Shown piece by piece: positions 12,651-26,040 of a stretch of 64,000 nt of DNA. The notes beneath the pieces were generated by a model, which was not told the DNA's origin, ran no database searches, and saw only the letters and a program-made list of their open reading frames with translations. The stretch is from NCBI RefSeq assembly GCF_963921235.1, contig NC_086097.1, positions 101,558,001-101,622,000 of the forward strand. Direction: 5' to 3'. Each line of letters starts with the position of its first letter. The stretch's first letter is position 1. This DNA is from Mobula hypostoma. Taxonomy: Eukaryota. The translations under genes were made by a program, and so were the position numbers.

Positions 12651-13484
12651 ATGGATATGGCTGGTGTGCTCATAACCTTTGAGGAGTAGCTGACAGAAAG
12701 CACACAATTCTTCCTTAAGCTCCACCTTGTCACTTCTGCCAGTACATCATCTCAACACAACCTTGCAACATTCGTGTGTGTGTGCGTTGCAATGACTCGC
12801 TCTAAACATTTTTGGGATTTGAAGAGTAGTGGACAAGCATCAAAGGCCTGCAGGAAGATCTCAAGGAAAGAGGACTCTCAAGTGTCCCATCTGATGCAGG
12901 AACAATTTTCAGACAAAGCATTTTCATGAGCAGTGTGCTCCAGTATCTGCAGTTTCTATGTCTCATGTTCATGAGCAATGTGGGTGGGGTTTCCATTTTG
13001 CCCTCCTACTGCATAAAACATGAAAGAGTGTGCAATATACAGAGAATAACTGATTCGACAGCTTCATAATCAGACCAAAGCTCTGCACTCTGCAGCACTT
13101 AACCGTGTATGATGCTGTACAACTTAACAGCTTAATGGGTGCAGAAAGCTCCAAAAAAATCCTTGTCCTTAACAATGGTAGAAATTTTGGAAATAGGCTA
13201 AAGCATGTTCAAATGGAAGTACTGATTAGATGATACACCACAACTTCCTCATGAGATATCACTAGGCTCAAGTACAGCTTCTATACACTGCTATAAGATG
13301 GACTCTGACCTCAGTCTATCTTGCACCTTATTGTCTACAAGCACTGCACTTTCTCTTTAGATGCTGCACTTTATCTCCATTCTGTTATTGTTTTACTTTG
13401 TTCTACCTCAATGCATGGTGTAATGACTTGATCTGTATGAACAGTATGCAAGTCAAGGTTTTCACTGTATCTCAGTTCACCAGT

Positions 13485-14345
13485 GAAGCCAGTCTTCAGC
13501 CATATTGATTCACTTCTGTGGTATCTTGAAAGCTGATGGCACCAGATATAACTAATACATTGGGACTGGTCTGCACTGGATGTAGTATTGAATACCTATT
13601 CTCCACAGTGAGACATGCTCTTAGCTTCTCCATTGTTGTTACAACACTGCTATCTACCCAACAATGTGGAAAACTGCCCAGACATACCCAATTCATGAAA
13701 AGCTGGGCAAATCCAATCTGGCTAATTACCACCTAATTAAACTACCAGTAGGCATCAGCAAAGTGATAGGTGTTATCAACAGCGCCACAGGAGGCACATA
13801 CTCGCAAGTAACCCACTCACTGATGCTCAGCATGAATTTAACCAAAAATGCTCTTCTGCAGCTTCATCATAGCCTTTGCCCATAGTGTTGAATTCCAGAG
13901 GTGAAGTGTCATTAATACAGCATTTGTCTAATTCTGGTGTTGAGAACATTGGTAAAACTGAAGTCAGTGGGCACAGGGAAAGCCTGTATATTCCTCGTAT
14001 GTTGTGGCCAAGGTTCTTGAAGGTCAGTCAATGCAGGAGTTTCACAAGATGATGTCCTACGTCCAAGCATCTTAAGCTGATTCATCAATAACCTTCCTTA
14101 AAGCATAAGTTGACAAATGGGAACATCTGCTAATGACGGGATAGTTTTCAATCACCTCATTTTGAAATGGGCAACACACACAAAATACTGGAGCAACTCA
14201 GCAAGTTGGGCAGCAGTTGATGTTTCAGGCCAAGATTGCAAAGAACAAGGAAGCATTGAGAGGTAGGCTGATGAGTAGCAAGTAACATTCTGCACTAGAA
14301 AATACCAGGCTGTGACCATCTGCAAGAGTCTATACACCTAATTTT
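13485..14345 (+). mobile_element. Ancient CR1/L2-group LINE RT fragment
   Basis: WKTAQTYPIHEKLGKSNLANY resembles the WK.A...P..KK......NYRPISL RT N-terminal motif. Confidence 0.55.
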
Positions 14346-14364
14346 GATATTCATGGGCTTATTT

Positions 14365-14855
14365 GGATACTGTGCTCAGTTCTGGTCACCTCACTGCAGG
14401 AGGGACGTGGAAACTATAGAAAGGGTGCAGAAGAGATTTACAAGGATGTTTCCTGGATTGGCAAGCATGTCTTACGAGAATAGGTTGAGTGAACTTGGCC
14501 TTTTCTCCTTGGAGCAACAGAGGATGAGAGGCATTGGTCGTGTGGATAGTCAGAGGCTTTTTCCCAGGGAAATGGCTTACACAAGAGGGCACAGTTTTAA
14601 GGTGCTTGGAAGGAGGTACAGAGGGGTTGTCAGTGGTAAGCTTTTTATGCAGTGCATGCGTGGAACAGGCTGCCAGCGACTGTGGTAGAGATGGATACAA
14701 TAGTGTCTTTTAAGAAACTCCTGGATAGGTACATGGAGCTTAGAAAAATAGAGGGCTGTGGGTAACCCTAGGTAATTTCTAAAGTAAGTATATGTTCGAC
14801 ACAGCATTGTGGGCCGAAGGGCCTGTATTGTGCTGTAGGTTTTTTTTATGTTTCT
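14365..14855 (+). mobile_element. CR1 3' end
   Basis: YCAQFWSPH..RDVETIERVQKRFTRM, 3' hairpin and ttatgtttcta tail. Confidence 0.88.
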
Positions 14856-15727
14856 AGGAAATTTCTGGAAGCAATTGGGAAGGCACAGGGATATATACAT
14901 CCCAAAAATAAAGAAGTATTCAAAAGGCAAGATGACACAACTGTGGCTGACAGAGAAGTCAAAGACAAAGTAAAAGCCAAAGAGAGGACATATAGTAGAA
15001 CAAAAATTAGTGGGAAGTTAGAGGATTGGGAAGCTTTTAAAAACCAACAAAAGGCCGCTAAAAAAGTCATCAAGATAGTAAAGATGGAATACGAAAGTAA
15101 GTTAGCCAATAATATTAACGAGGATACCAAAAGTTTCTTCAGATACATAAAGTGTAAAGGGGAGGCTAGAGCGGATATTGGACTGATAGAAAACAATGCT
15201 GGAGAGGTAGTAATGGGGAAAAGAAAACTGCAGACAAATTGGCTAAGTATTTTGCATCAGTCTTCACTGTGCAGTTTGGTGGAAGTTCCAGAGTGTCAGG
15301 GATCAGAAGTGTGTGAAGTTGCCATTAGTAGGGAGAAAGTTCTTGGAAAACTGAAAGGTGTGAATATAGATAAATCACCAGGATGGTTCACACCCCAGGA
15401 TTCTGAAAGAGGTGGCTGAAGAGATTGTGGAGGCATTAGTAATGATCTTTAAAGAATCATTAGATTCTGGAATGAGTCCAGAAGACTGGAAAATTGAAAA
15501 TATCATTCCACTCTTCAAAAATGGAGAGAGGCTGAAAAAAGGAAATTATAAGCCAGTTAGTCTATCATCAGTGGCTGGGAGGATGTTGGAATCAATTGTT
15601 AAGGATGTGGTTTTGGGGTACTTGGAGACACATGATAAAAGAGGCTGTAGTCAGCATGATTTCTGTGTTGGAACCAATTCTTTTTTACATTGTGTCAATA
15701 ACTTGGATGATGGAATTGATGGCTTTG

Positions 15728-16981
15728 TTCAAAGGTTCATTTATTTGGTAGTGTGGGTAATGCTTGCCACTCCCACTTTCAGCTTCTACCGCTGGCTAGA
15801 AGTCTTCGAAAAGGAGAGATGAATGTGTAAGTCACTCTCTGCCTCTCCAACAGCAAGCCTCATGTACTGCCTCCTTGCTGGCGACACATGGAAACTGAAC
15901 TCCTTTTGGACTCAGGCTGAACTACAGAGGACAGGGAGGAGATCTGGCTCCTGCACATGGGGCATGCAGGCCCACCGGTGTGTGGACACACCCTGATGCT
16001 CGTGAACCAGATTCCCAGCTATGGGTAAATAGCCACACTGCATTGTGAGCAGCCTCGGGAGAGATGAAGGCTACGGGAGTAAACCCAGACAGCAAATCTG
16101 GAGTGGAGCCCCTAAGGCGGATGGACGTCACTGAACATCCTTCTGGCAGCTCGTGCAGCCAAGCTAATGCCAAATGTATTGCTTCTTAAGCTTTCCTTTG
16201 AACTACACTGGTGAGACTGCGAGGAAGATCTTGACAACTGGGCACCTCAGGGTCTCTATACCTTCCGCGCAGGCTTGTGGTGATGGTGATCATCACACAT
16301 TGTCCTTTGAGACAGACGGACGCCAACCAAACAACTCTGAAGTTCTTCTTCTCCAGATAGCCACGAAACTGAGAAAAGAACAGCAGTATGATCATCAACC
16401 CCCAAATCCCTCCTCCCCACACAAAAAAATGAACAAAACGGAACTGGAACATCAACTCTGAAATCCCTTTCCCCCGCACAGAAAAAACAAGAAAGAGCGG
16501 GTAAAAAAACACAGAATGTGAAAAACTATGAGACTGAAAAAGAAGTCTATAGTCCAAGTCCATATCCAAAATGTAGAAAGCCTAGTTCTCCCTCTCTGTA
16601 GCAGAGCGATCTCACCAGCAATTCCAAGGGCAGTCTCCCCACTCTGGAGCAGAACAATCTCACTAGCGATGAAAAGGCAAACAGCCAGTGTTTTAATCTT
16701 CCTTGTCACCTTAATCTGTGAACAATGAAAGCTTTCATTGGTGGAATGGAGTTGACTGTTGGCTCACAGCCTTCTCGCCATGAGGTTCCCGCACACTGTC
16801 AGTGCCTCCTGGAATCCCCTCAGAGACTGAACACCCAAACGACCTCCAAACGGCAAATCACAACAGTTCCAGAATCACATTCAAGATGAAAAGCAAATGT
16901 AAAAGAAGTGTAAATGTCATGATTTATACAGAAGATGTTGACTGAAGGAAAGGTGTATGCAGGCGCCATCTTGACCGGAAG
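15728..16981 (-). mobile_element. 5'-complete non-autonomous retroelement with a Rex/Babar-like tail, carrying a nested insert
   Basis: Minus-strand 5' end cttccggtcaagatggcgcc and 3' tail aataaatgaacctttgaac. Interrupts a CR1. Confidence 0.55.
15750..16335 (+). mobile_element. Unclassified SINE-like, possibly RTE-derived insertion
   Basis: GC-richer non-coding block ending in a caaccaaacaac tail, inserted in the 15728-16981 element. Confidence 0.35.
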
Positions 16982-17433
16982 ATGTCGCAAAGTTTGCGAA
17001 CGATATGAAAATAAGTGGAGAGGCAGGTAGTTTTAAGGAAATAGGGAGACTACAGAAGGACTTGGGCAGATTAGGAGAATGGGCAAAGAAGTGGCAGATG
17101 GAACACAGTATTGAGAAGTGTATGGTCATGTATTTTGGTAGAAGAAATAAAAGGGTAGACTATTTTCCTAAATGGAGAGAAAATTGAAAAAAACTGAGCT
17201 ATAAAGGGACTTGGGAGTCCTTGTGCAGGATTCCCTAAAGGTTTTTTTGTGTGTGTTGCTTGAAATTCCAGCATCTGCAGATTTCCTCATGTTTGCCTTC
17301 TTTGGATGAGATGAAGCTAAGAGGAGATTTAATGGGGCTGTTCAAAAATTATGAAGGATTATGGAGGGGCTCGATAAATTAAACAGGAAGGGGTCATTTC
17401 TCTGAACTATGTCAAAAATAGAGTGCACCAAGT

Positions 17434-18648
17434 AAAACGCAAACATGAGGAATTCTGTGGATGCTGGAAATTCAAGCAACACACATTAAAGTTGCTGGTG
17501 AATGCAGCAAGCCAGGCAGCATCTATAGGAAGAGGTACAGTCAACGTTTCGGGCCGAGACCCTTCGTCAGGACTAACTGAAGGAAGAGCTAGTAAGAGAT
17601 TTGAAAATGGGAGGGGGAGGGGGAGATCCAATATGATAGGAGAAGACAGGAGGGGGAGGGATGGAGCCAAGAGCTGGACAGTTGATTGGCAAAAGGGATA
17701 TGAGAGGATCATGGGACAGGAGGTCAAGGGAGAAGGACAAGGGGGAGGGGGGGAAAAAACCCAGAGGATGGGCAAGGGGTATAGTCAGAGGGACAGAAGG
17801 AGAAAAAGGAGAGAGAGGGAAAGAATGTGTGTATATAAATAAATAATGGATGGGGTATGAGGGGAAGGTGGGGCAATAGTGGAAGTTAGAGAAGTCATTG
17901 TTCATGCCATCAGGTTGGAGGCTACCCAGACGGAATATAAGATGATGTTTCTCCAACCTGAGTGTGGCTTCATCTTGACAGTAGAGGAGGCCGTGGATAG
18001 ACATATCAGAATGGAAATGGGATGTGGAATTAAAATGTGTGGCCACTGGGAGACCCTGCTTTCTCTGGCGGACAGAGCGATCTCCCAGTCTGTGTCGGGT
18101 TAACCAATATATAGAAGGCCACATCGGGAGCACCAGACGCAGTATATCACCCCAGCCGACTCACAGGTGAAGTGTTGCCTCACCTGGAAGGACTGTCTGG
18201 GGCCCTGAATGGTGGTAAGGGAGGAAGTGTAAGGGCATGTGTAGCACTTGTTCCGCTTACAAGGATAAGTGCCTGGAGGGAGATCAGTGGGGAGGGATGG
18301 GGGGGACGAATGGACAAGGGAGTCATGTAGGGAGTGATCCCTGCGCAAAGCGGGGGGGGGGGGAGGGAAAGTTGTGCTTAGTGGTGGGATCCCGTTGGAG
18401 GTGGCGGAAGTTATGGAGAATAATATGTTGGACCCGGAGGCTGGTGGGGTGGTAGGTGAGGACCAGGGGAACCCTATTCCTAGTGGGGTGGCGGGAGGAT
18501 GGAGTGAGAGCAGGTGTGCATGAAATGGGGAGATGCGATTGAGAGCAGAGTTGATGGTGGAGGAAGGGAAGCCCCTTTCTTTAAGAAAGGAGGACATCTC
18601 CCTCGTCCTGGAATGAAAAGCCTCATCCTGAGAGCAGATGCGGCAGAG
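17434..18648 (-). mobile_element. Penelope-like retroelement (Neptune-like), 5'-truncated: RT C-terminus, Cys linker, GIY-YIG endonuclease and pLTR
   Basis: RICSQDEAF...FLKERGFP, CKRNKCYTC, GVIYCVWCSRCGLLYIG (GIY-YIG), HFNSTSH and LIFRLGSLQPDGMN. Frameshifted. Confidence 0.9.
17539..17574 (-). ncRNA. Minimal type I hammerhead ribozyme motif in the Penelope-like pLTR
   Basis: Minus strand AGUC-CUGACGA-A-GGGU(CUCG)GCCC-GAAA-CG-UU/GACU: stem I AGUC:GACU, intact core, stem II and a palindromic ACGU stem III. Confidence 0.78.
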
Positions 18649-19721
18649 ACATTGGCTCAATGGAAGAAGCCAAAGAGTGGTAGTAGAGGATTGCTTCTCA
18701 GAGTGGAGGCCTGTAACTAGTGGTGTGCCACCGGGATCAGTGCTGGGTCCATTGTTATTTGTCATCTATATCCATGATCTGGATGATAATGTGGTAAATT
18801 GGATCAGCAAATTTGCTGATGATACAAAGATTGGAGGTGTAGTGGACAGTCAGGAAGGTTTTCAAAGCTTGCAGAGGGATTTGGACCAGCTGGAAAAATG
18901 GGCTGAAAAATGGCAGATGGAGTTTAATACTGACAAGTGTAAGGTTTGGAAGGACAAACCAAGGTAGAACATACAGGGTAAATGGTAAGGCACTGAGGAG
19001 TGCAGTAGAACAGAGGGATCTGGGAATACAGATGCAAAATTCCCTAAAAGTGGCGTCACAGGTAGATAGGGTCGTAAAGAGAGCTTTTGGTACATCGGCC
19101 TTTATTAATCAAAGTATTGAGTATAAGAGCTGAAATGTTATGATGAGGTTGTATAAGGCATTGGTGAGGCCGAATCTGGAGTATTGTGTTCAGTTTTGGT
19201 CACCAAATTACAGGAAGGATATTAAGAAGGTTAAAAGAGTGCAGAGATGGTTTACAAGGATGTTGCCAGGACTTGAAAAACTCAGTTACAGAGAAAGGTT
19301 GAATAGATTTATTCCCTGGAGCGTAGAAGAATGAGGGGAGATTTGATAGAGGTATATAAAATTATGATGGGTATAGATAGAGTGAATGCAAGCAGGCTTT
19401 TTCCACTGAGGCAAGGAGAGAAAAAAGAACCAGAGGACATGGGTTAAGGGGGAAGGGGGAAAAGTTTAAAGGGAATATTAGGGGAGGCTTCTTCACACAG
19501 AGAGTGGTGGGAGTATGGAATGAGCTGCCAGACGAGGTGGTAAATGTGGGTCCTTTTTTAACATTTAAGAATAAATTGGACAGATACATGGATGGGAGGT
19601 GTATGGAGGGATATGGTCCGTGTGCAGGTCAGTGGGACGAGGCAGAAAATGGTTCGGCACAGCCAAGAAGGGCCAAAAGTCCTGTTTCTGTGCTGTAGTT
19701 TTTCTGTGGTTTCTATGGTTT
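18649..19721 (+). mobile_element. CR1 RT-3'UTR fragment
   Basis: VTSGVPPGSVLGPLLFVIYIHDLD..SKFADDTK and ttctatggtttct tail. Confidence 0.9.
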
Positions 19722-20163
19722 CTAATTTGCAGGTTGAGTCTGTGGCGAGGAAGGCAAATGCAATGTTAGCATTCATTTCGAGGGACTAGAATATAAAAGT
19801 AAGGATATAATGTTCAGACTTTATAAAACACTGGTGAGGCCTCACTTGGAATATTGTGAGCAGTTATGGGCCCCTTATCTCAGCAAGAATGTCCGAACCT
19901 TCTCAAGTGTCAGCACAATGTTCACAAAAATGATTCCAGGATTGAATGGCTTGTATTATGAAGAGTGTTTGGCTCTGGGCCTGTATTCGCTACAATTCAG
20001 AAAAGTGAGGGGTGACCTAATTGAAACTTATCAAATGGTGAAAGGTCTTGATAGAGTGGATGTGGAGAGGATGTTTCCTATAAGGGGAGAGTCTAGGACC
20101 AGAGGATACTGCCTCAGCATAGAGGGGCATCCTCTTAGAATGAAGATGAGGAGGAATTTATTT

Positions 20164-22016
20164 CAAGTCAGGTCAGGTCGCTTTTATTGTCATTTCAACC
20201 ATAATTGCTGGTACAGTACACAGTAAAAACGAAACAATGTTCCTCCAGGACCATGGTGCTACATGAAACAACACAAAACTACATTAGACTACAGACCCAC
20301 ACGGGACTACATAAAGTGCACAAAACAGTGTAAGACAGTACAATAATTAATAAACAAGACAATAGGCACAGTAAAGGACAAATTACAATATAATAAATAA
20401 TGTAAATGTAAACAATGCTTTAGCAGGAATTGAGAGAAAATGAGCAAAAATTGCAAAGGGAGTGGAGTGGTGTTCAGTTGAGTGTGTGTCAGTTGATGTC
20501 AGACTATACTGGGAATTGAGGAGTCTGATGGCTTGGGGGAAGAAACTGTTACATAGTCTGGTCGTGAGAGCCCGAATGCTTCGGTACCTTTTGCCAGATG
20601 GCAGGAGGGAGAAGAGTTTGAATGAGGGTTGCGTGCGGTCCTTCACAATGCTGTTAGCTTTGCAGATGCAGCGTGTGGTGTAATGGTGGGAAGAGAGACC
20701 CTGATGATCCCTTCAGCTGACCTCACTATCCGCTGCAGGGTTTTGTGATCCGAGACAGTGTGATTTCCGAACCAGGCAGCGATGCAGCTGCTCAGGATAC
20801 TCTCGATACATCCTCTGTAGAATGTGGTGAGGATGGGGGGTGGAAGATGGACTTTTTTCAGCCTTTGCAGAAAGTAGAGACACTGCTCGGCTTTCTTGGC
20901 TATGGAGCTAGTGTTGAAGGACCAGGTGAGATTCTCTGCCAGGTGAACACCAAGAAATTTGGTGCTCTTAATGATCTCTACAGAGGAGCCATCAACGTTC
21001 AGCGGAGAGTGGTCGCTCCATGCTCTCCTGAAGTCAACTTTTGTTTGCAGATACAGGTTGTTGGCTCTGCACCAGTCCGTCAGCCACTGCACCTCCTCTC
21101 TGTATGCTGACTCATCGTTCTTGCAGATGAGACCCACCACAGTTGTCATCGGCAAACTTGATGATGTAATTCAAGCTGTGTATTGCTGCACAGTCGTGGG
21201 TCAGCAGAGTGAACAGCAGTGGACTGAGCACACAGCCCTATGGGGCCCCCATGCTCTGTGTGGTGGTGTCAGAGATGCTGCTCCCGATCCGGACTGACTG
21301 AGGTCTCCCAGTCAGGAAGTCTAGGATCCAGTTGCAGAGGGAGGTGTTCAGGCCCAGCAGGCTCAGCTTTCCAGTCAAGTGCTGAGGAATGATTGTGTTG
21401 AATGCTGAACTGAAATCTGTGAACAGCATTCGAAGGTACGTGTCTTTTTTGTCCAGGTGGAGGGTGGTGGCGATGGCATCGTCTGTTGAGCGGTTGGGAC
21501 GACACGCAAACTGCAGGGGGTCCAGTGAAGGGGGGGGCAGCAGGGTCTTGATGTGCCTCATGACGAGCCTCTCAAAAACACTTCATGAGGATGGATGTGA
21601 GTACAACAGGACGGTAATCACTGAGGCAGGACAGTGAAGACTTCTTCGGCATGGGGACGATGGTGGAGGCCTTGAAGCACGTTGGAACGACAGCGCTGCT
21701 CAGGGAGATGATGAAGATGTCAGTGAGAACATCTGTGAGCTGGTCTGCACATCCTCTGAGCACTCTGCCAGGAATATTATCTGGTCCAGCAGCCTTCCAT
21801 GGGTTGACCCTGCTTAAGAGTTTTCCTCACATCGGCCTCTGTAAGACACAGCACCTGGTCATCGGGAGGAAGGGTGGTCCTCCTTGCCACCATGTCATTT
21901 TCTGCCTCAAAACGAGCGTAGAAGTTCTTCAGCGCATCTGGGAGGGAGGCATCACCAGCACAGGCAGGTGATGTTATCCTGTAGTTGGTGATGTCCTGAA
22001 TGCCCTTCCACATGCT
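20164..22016 (-). mobile_element. Rex1/Babar LINE, 5'-truncated and frameshifted RT
   Basis: [65 protein letters not shown] and a (cctga)n tail. Confidence 0.9.
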
Positions 22017-23129
22017 GTCCTGGAAATGGCTGTGGATTTGCTGGGCGTGTGCATGCTTTGCCTTTGGCAGAGAGTGGTGAATCTGTGGAATTTGTTGCCA
22101 CAGGCGGCTGTGGAGGCGAAATCTTTACAAATAGTTATGGCAAAGGTTGATAGATTCTTGATCAGTCAGGACCTGAAGGGATATGAGGAGAAGGCACGAG
22201 ATTGGGGCTTAGAGGAAAAATGGATCCGCCATGATAAAATGGTGGAGCAGACATGATGAGCCAAATGGCTTAAATCTGCTCCTATATCTTATGGTCTCAT
22301 CTTCTAAATTCAGCCTCACCACTGTCTGGTTTGGATGCAAGTAATACCCTGTCTGACATAGGCCAGCATGCCAAAGCTACTTTCACCATTCTGTCTACCT
22401 GTGACACCACTTCAGGGAACTTTGTCTTTGAATCCCAAGGACCCTTTGTTTTCCACTCTCTGATGCTCTACTGTTTATTGTGAAAATCTGATTTCTCTTT
22501 TTAAAAAAAAATGCAGCAGCTCACATTTGCCCCAATTAAGCTTCATTTGCTGTTTCTCAATCCCTTACCCAACTTGTTAAGTACCACCTAATAAGAATGT
22601 GAATACTTACTTGCCAGCATTAGTGGTTTCCAAAAAGGCACAGCTTAATGGACTGATAGTGATGCTTGGTCCATCCATTAATGACCACTTTCCCAAGGAG
22701 TCCTTCCAACTTCACTTTAATCTGCACCTATTATCTAGGGGAGAATCATCTATATACTGCAGATGGGTAGTTGAATGGTTATTTTCTCCTGATGTAAGAA
22801 GGAGACTCAAGTTTCAAGCTCAAAGATGCAGGGAGGGCGATGCCAAGTTCCAACAAACGGAGAACTTTATAGTATTTGAAGATGAGATTCACATTCTACA
22901 TTCTGCAGTAGTTGCCTAACCAGAAGTCTTGTTTAATGAAGCAGGGTCCTTGGTGGTGGATATGTAAGAGGAGGGGGAGAACCCCTTGGAAGAGAGAATA
23001 AAGTTTCAATGTGCCTGTCAGAATAAAAGGTAAAGATAACAGGTTTAGGGAACGTTGGTTTTCAAGAGATATTGAGCCCTGGTTAAGGAGAAAATGGAGG
23101 TGCATTGTAGGTCCCATCAACCTCAATGC

Positions 23130-23935
23130 TAGTATTTACCCTATCTATATCCCTTATAATGTCTTCTCAATGTCTACATTCTAAGGAATAAAGTCCCAAC
23201 CTATTCAATTTTTCCTTATCAGTCAGGTTGTCCTTGTAAATTTTCCTCTGTACTCTTTCAACCTTATTTACATTTTCCTGTAGGTATAGGTAACCAAAAC
23301 TGCACACAATACTCCAATTTAGGCCTCACCAGTGTCTTATATAACTGCAATATAACATCCCATCTATTGTACTCTGTACTTTGATTTATGAAGGCCAATG
23401 TGCCAAAAGCTTTCTTTATGACCCTATCTATCTGTGACACCACTTTCAAATTACGGACCTGTATTCCCACATCCCTTTGTTCCTCTACACTCCTTAGTGC
23501 CCTCCTGTTTACTGTGTAAGATCTACCCTGGATGGTCCTACCAAAGTGCAACATCTCCAACTTGTCTGTATTAAATTCGTTTGCCATTTGTCAGCCCATT
23601 TTCCCAGCTGACCCAGATCCCTCTGCAAGCCATGATAGCCTTCCTCGCTGTGTACTACACCCTCAATATTGGTGTCATCCTCAAATTTGCTGAACCAGTT
23701 ACCACATTATCATCCAGATTGTTGATTATAGATGACTAACAACAACAGACCCAACACGGATCCCTGCAGCATTCCACTGGTCACAAACCTCCAATCAGAG
23801 ATACAACCCTCTACTATCACTCTCAGACTTCTCCCACAACGCCACTATCTAACCCAGTTTGCTACCTCATCTTGAATGCCAAGCGACTGAACCTTCTTGA
23901 CCAACCTCCCATTAGGTACTTTGTCCAATGTCTGT
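23130..23935 (-). mobile_element. CR1 fragment
   Basis: LYKTLVRPKLEYCVQFW and SKFEDDT. Confidence 0.8.
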
Positions 23936-23969
23936 TAAGGATGATTTAAATATTTCTGATAGGCCCCTG

Positions 23970-26040
23970 ATAGGATGAATAAATCTCCAGGGCTTGACAA
24001 GGTGTTTCCTTGGACCCTGTGGAAAGCAAGTGCAGAAATTGAAGGGGCCCTGGTAGAGATATTTAAATAATTTTTAATGACTATTAGGGTACCAGAGGAT
24101 TGGAGGATTTGCTGTTTAAGAAAGGCTTTAAAAATAAACCAGGAAATTATAGGCCGGTGATCCTGACAAAAGTAGTGGGAAAGTTATTGGAAGGTATTCT
24201 AGGGACCGGATGAATATACGAGTATTTGGATAGACGTGGACTGATTGGGGTTAGTCAGCATGGCTTTGTGTGTGGTAGGTCATGTCTAATGAATCTTGTG
24301 GAGTTTTTTTCAAGGAAATTACCAAATAAGGTGATGAAGACAAGATAGTGGATGTTGTCTATGTGGACTTGCTAAAGGCATTTGACAAGGTCCCGCATGG
24401 GAGGTTGGTCAAGAAGGTTCATATCAATGATCTGGATGATGATGTGGTTAATTGGATTAACAAATTTGGGGATGACACCAAGATTGGGGGTGTAGTGGAG
24501 GGCAAGAAAGACTATCACAACTTGCAGTGGGATCTGAACCAGCTAGAAAAATGGGCTGGAAAATGGCGGATGGAATTTAATGGAGACAACTGCAAGATGT
24601 TGCACTTTGAGAGGACCAGTCACGGTTGGTCTTACATAGTGAATGGTAGGGCACTGAGGAACAAAGGAATCTGGGAATTTAGCAGTGTTAGATGATCAGT
24701 CCTCTTTCCATACTCTGCATCTTTCTACTAAATTGAATGCTGAATTGTGGAAGTTGTATGAAAGATGGTTGCAATAAAAACTGTTTGCAGCTCTGTTGTC
24801 CATAGTACATTGAAAGTGGCAGGACAAGATAGATAGGGTCATAAAGCTTTTGGCACATTGGCCTTCATAAAGTATTGAGTACAGGAGATGGGCTTTTATT
24901 TTGAAGTTGTAAAAGGCGTTGGTGAGGCCTAATTTGGAGTATTGTGTGCAGTTTTGGCCACCTACCTGCAAGAAAGATGTAAATAAGTTTGAAAGACTAC
25001 AGAGAAAATTTGCAAGGAGGTTGCCAGGACTGCAGAACCAGAGTTATAAAGAAAGATTGAATAGGTTAGGACTTTATTCCTTGGAACGTAGAAGATTGAG
25101 GGGAGATTTGATAGAGGTATACAAAATTATAAGGGGTATAGATAGGGTAAATACAAGCAAGCTTTTTCCACTGAATTTGAGTGGGACTACAACTAGAGGT
25201 TAAGAGTGAAAGGTAGAGCGTTTAGGGGAAGATGAGAGAAACTTCTTCACATAAAGAGTCGCGATAGTGTGTAGAGGGCATTTCCTATCATGAGAGGCTG
25301 GATAACTTGTGTTGTTTCCTCTGGAGGGGTGGAGATTTGCAAGATGATGAGAGGCATAGATAGAGTAGACAGGGTTGAAGTGTCTAATACCAGAAGGTAT
25401 GTATTGAAGGTGAGAGAGGGTAGGTTCAAAGGGGTATGAGGGTAGGTGTTTTTTTTTTACTCAGTGGTGGATGCCTGGTGTGGTGGTGGAGGCAAATATA
25501 ATAAGAGGCTTTTAAGAGACATTTTAGATAGGCACATGGATGTGAGGAAGGCATTGTGTAGGTCAGTGTTTAGATGTTTTTGATTTGCTTTTTATCTGGT
25601 GTGGCACAACATTGTGTGCCAAGTGGTCTGTTGCTGTAGTGTACTGTACTGTTCTAAGTTTTAACACAAGTGGTGCATGCACACTTGACTTCAAAGTTTA
25701 AGCAAAGTTTGGATAGGTACATGGAGGGCTATTGTCTGGTTACCGGTTGATAGGAGTAGGCAGATCAGATGGTTTGGCACAAAGAAGATCAAAGGTAGGC
25801 AACCTTAAACACAAATGGTTTTCTAGCATGTATTATTCATTAGTTTGAGGCAAAACATAACTAGATGTACTTAAATGGATAATTCCCATATTTCAAGTTT
25901 TTTATGGCATTTATCTGGCCCACCGTCCGCTCATTAATATGCGATCCGGCCCCCAGAGGCAAAAAGGTTGCCAACCCCTGAAGTAGATGAACTGAAGGAC
26001 TTGTTTCTGTGCTGTACTTTTCTATGATTCTATGACTGGG
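23970..26040 (+). mobile_element. CR1 ORF2-3' end with internal deletions and nested insertions (another CR1 3' end at about 25280-25660; hAT MITE)
   Basis: KPGNYRPV, KAFDKVPHGRL, KFGDDTKIGG and LEYCVQFWP. Confidence 0.78.
25790..25980. mobile_element. hAT (Charlie-like) MITE
   Basis: TIRs caaaggtaggcaacc and ggttgccaacccctg; 8-bp TSD aagaagat/aagtagat. Confidence 0.75.

Larger units (their letters stand above)
14857..22300 (+). mobile_element. CR1 ORF2-3'UTR in four pieces (14857-15727, 16984-17241, 19722-20163, 22064-22300)
   Basis: Pieces join collinearly across three insertions: DGF|AKFAND, cctaaaggt|taatttgcagg and aatttattt|ggcagagagtgg. Confidence 0.8.

Noticed and set aside
18100..18765. 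221-aa ORF as a novel CR1-Penelope fusion protein
   Set aside because: The N-terminus is antisense CR1, and the Penelope part is frameshifted and truncated.
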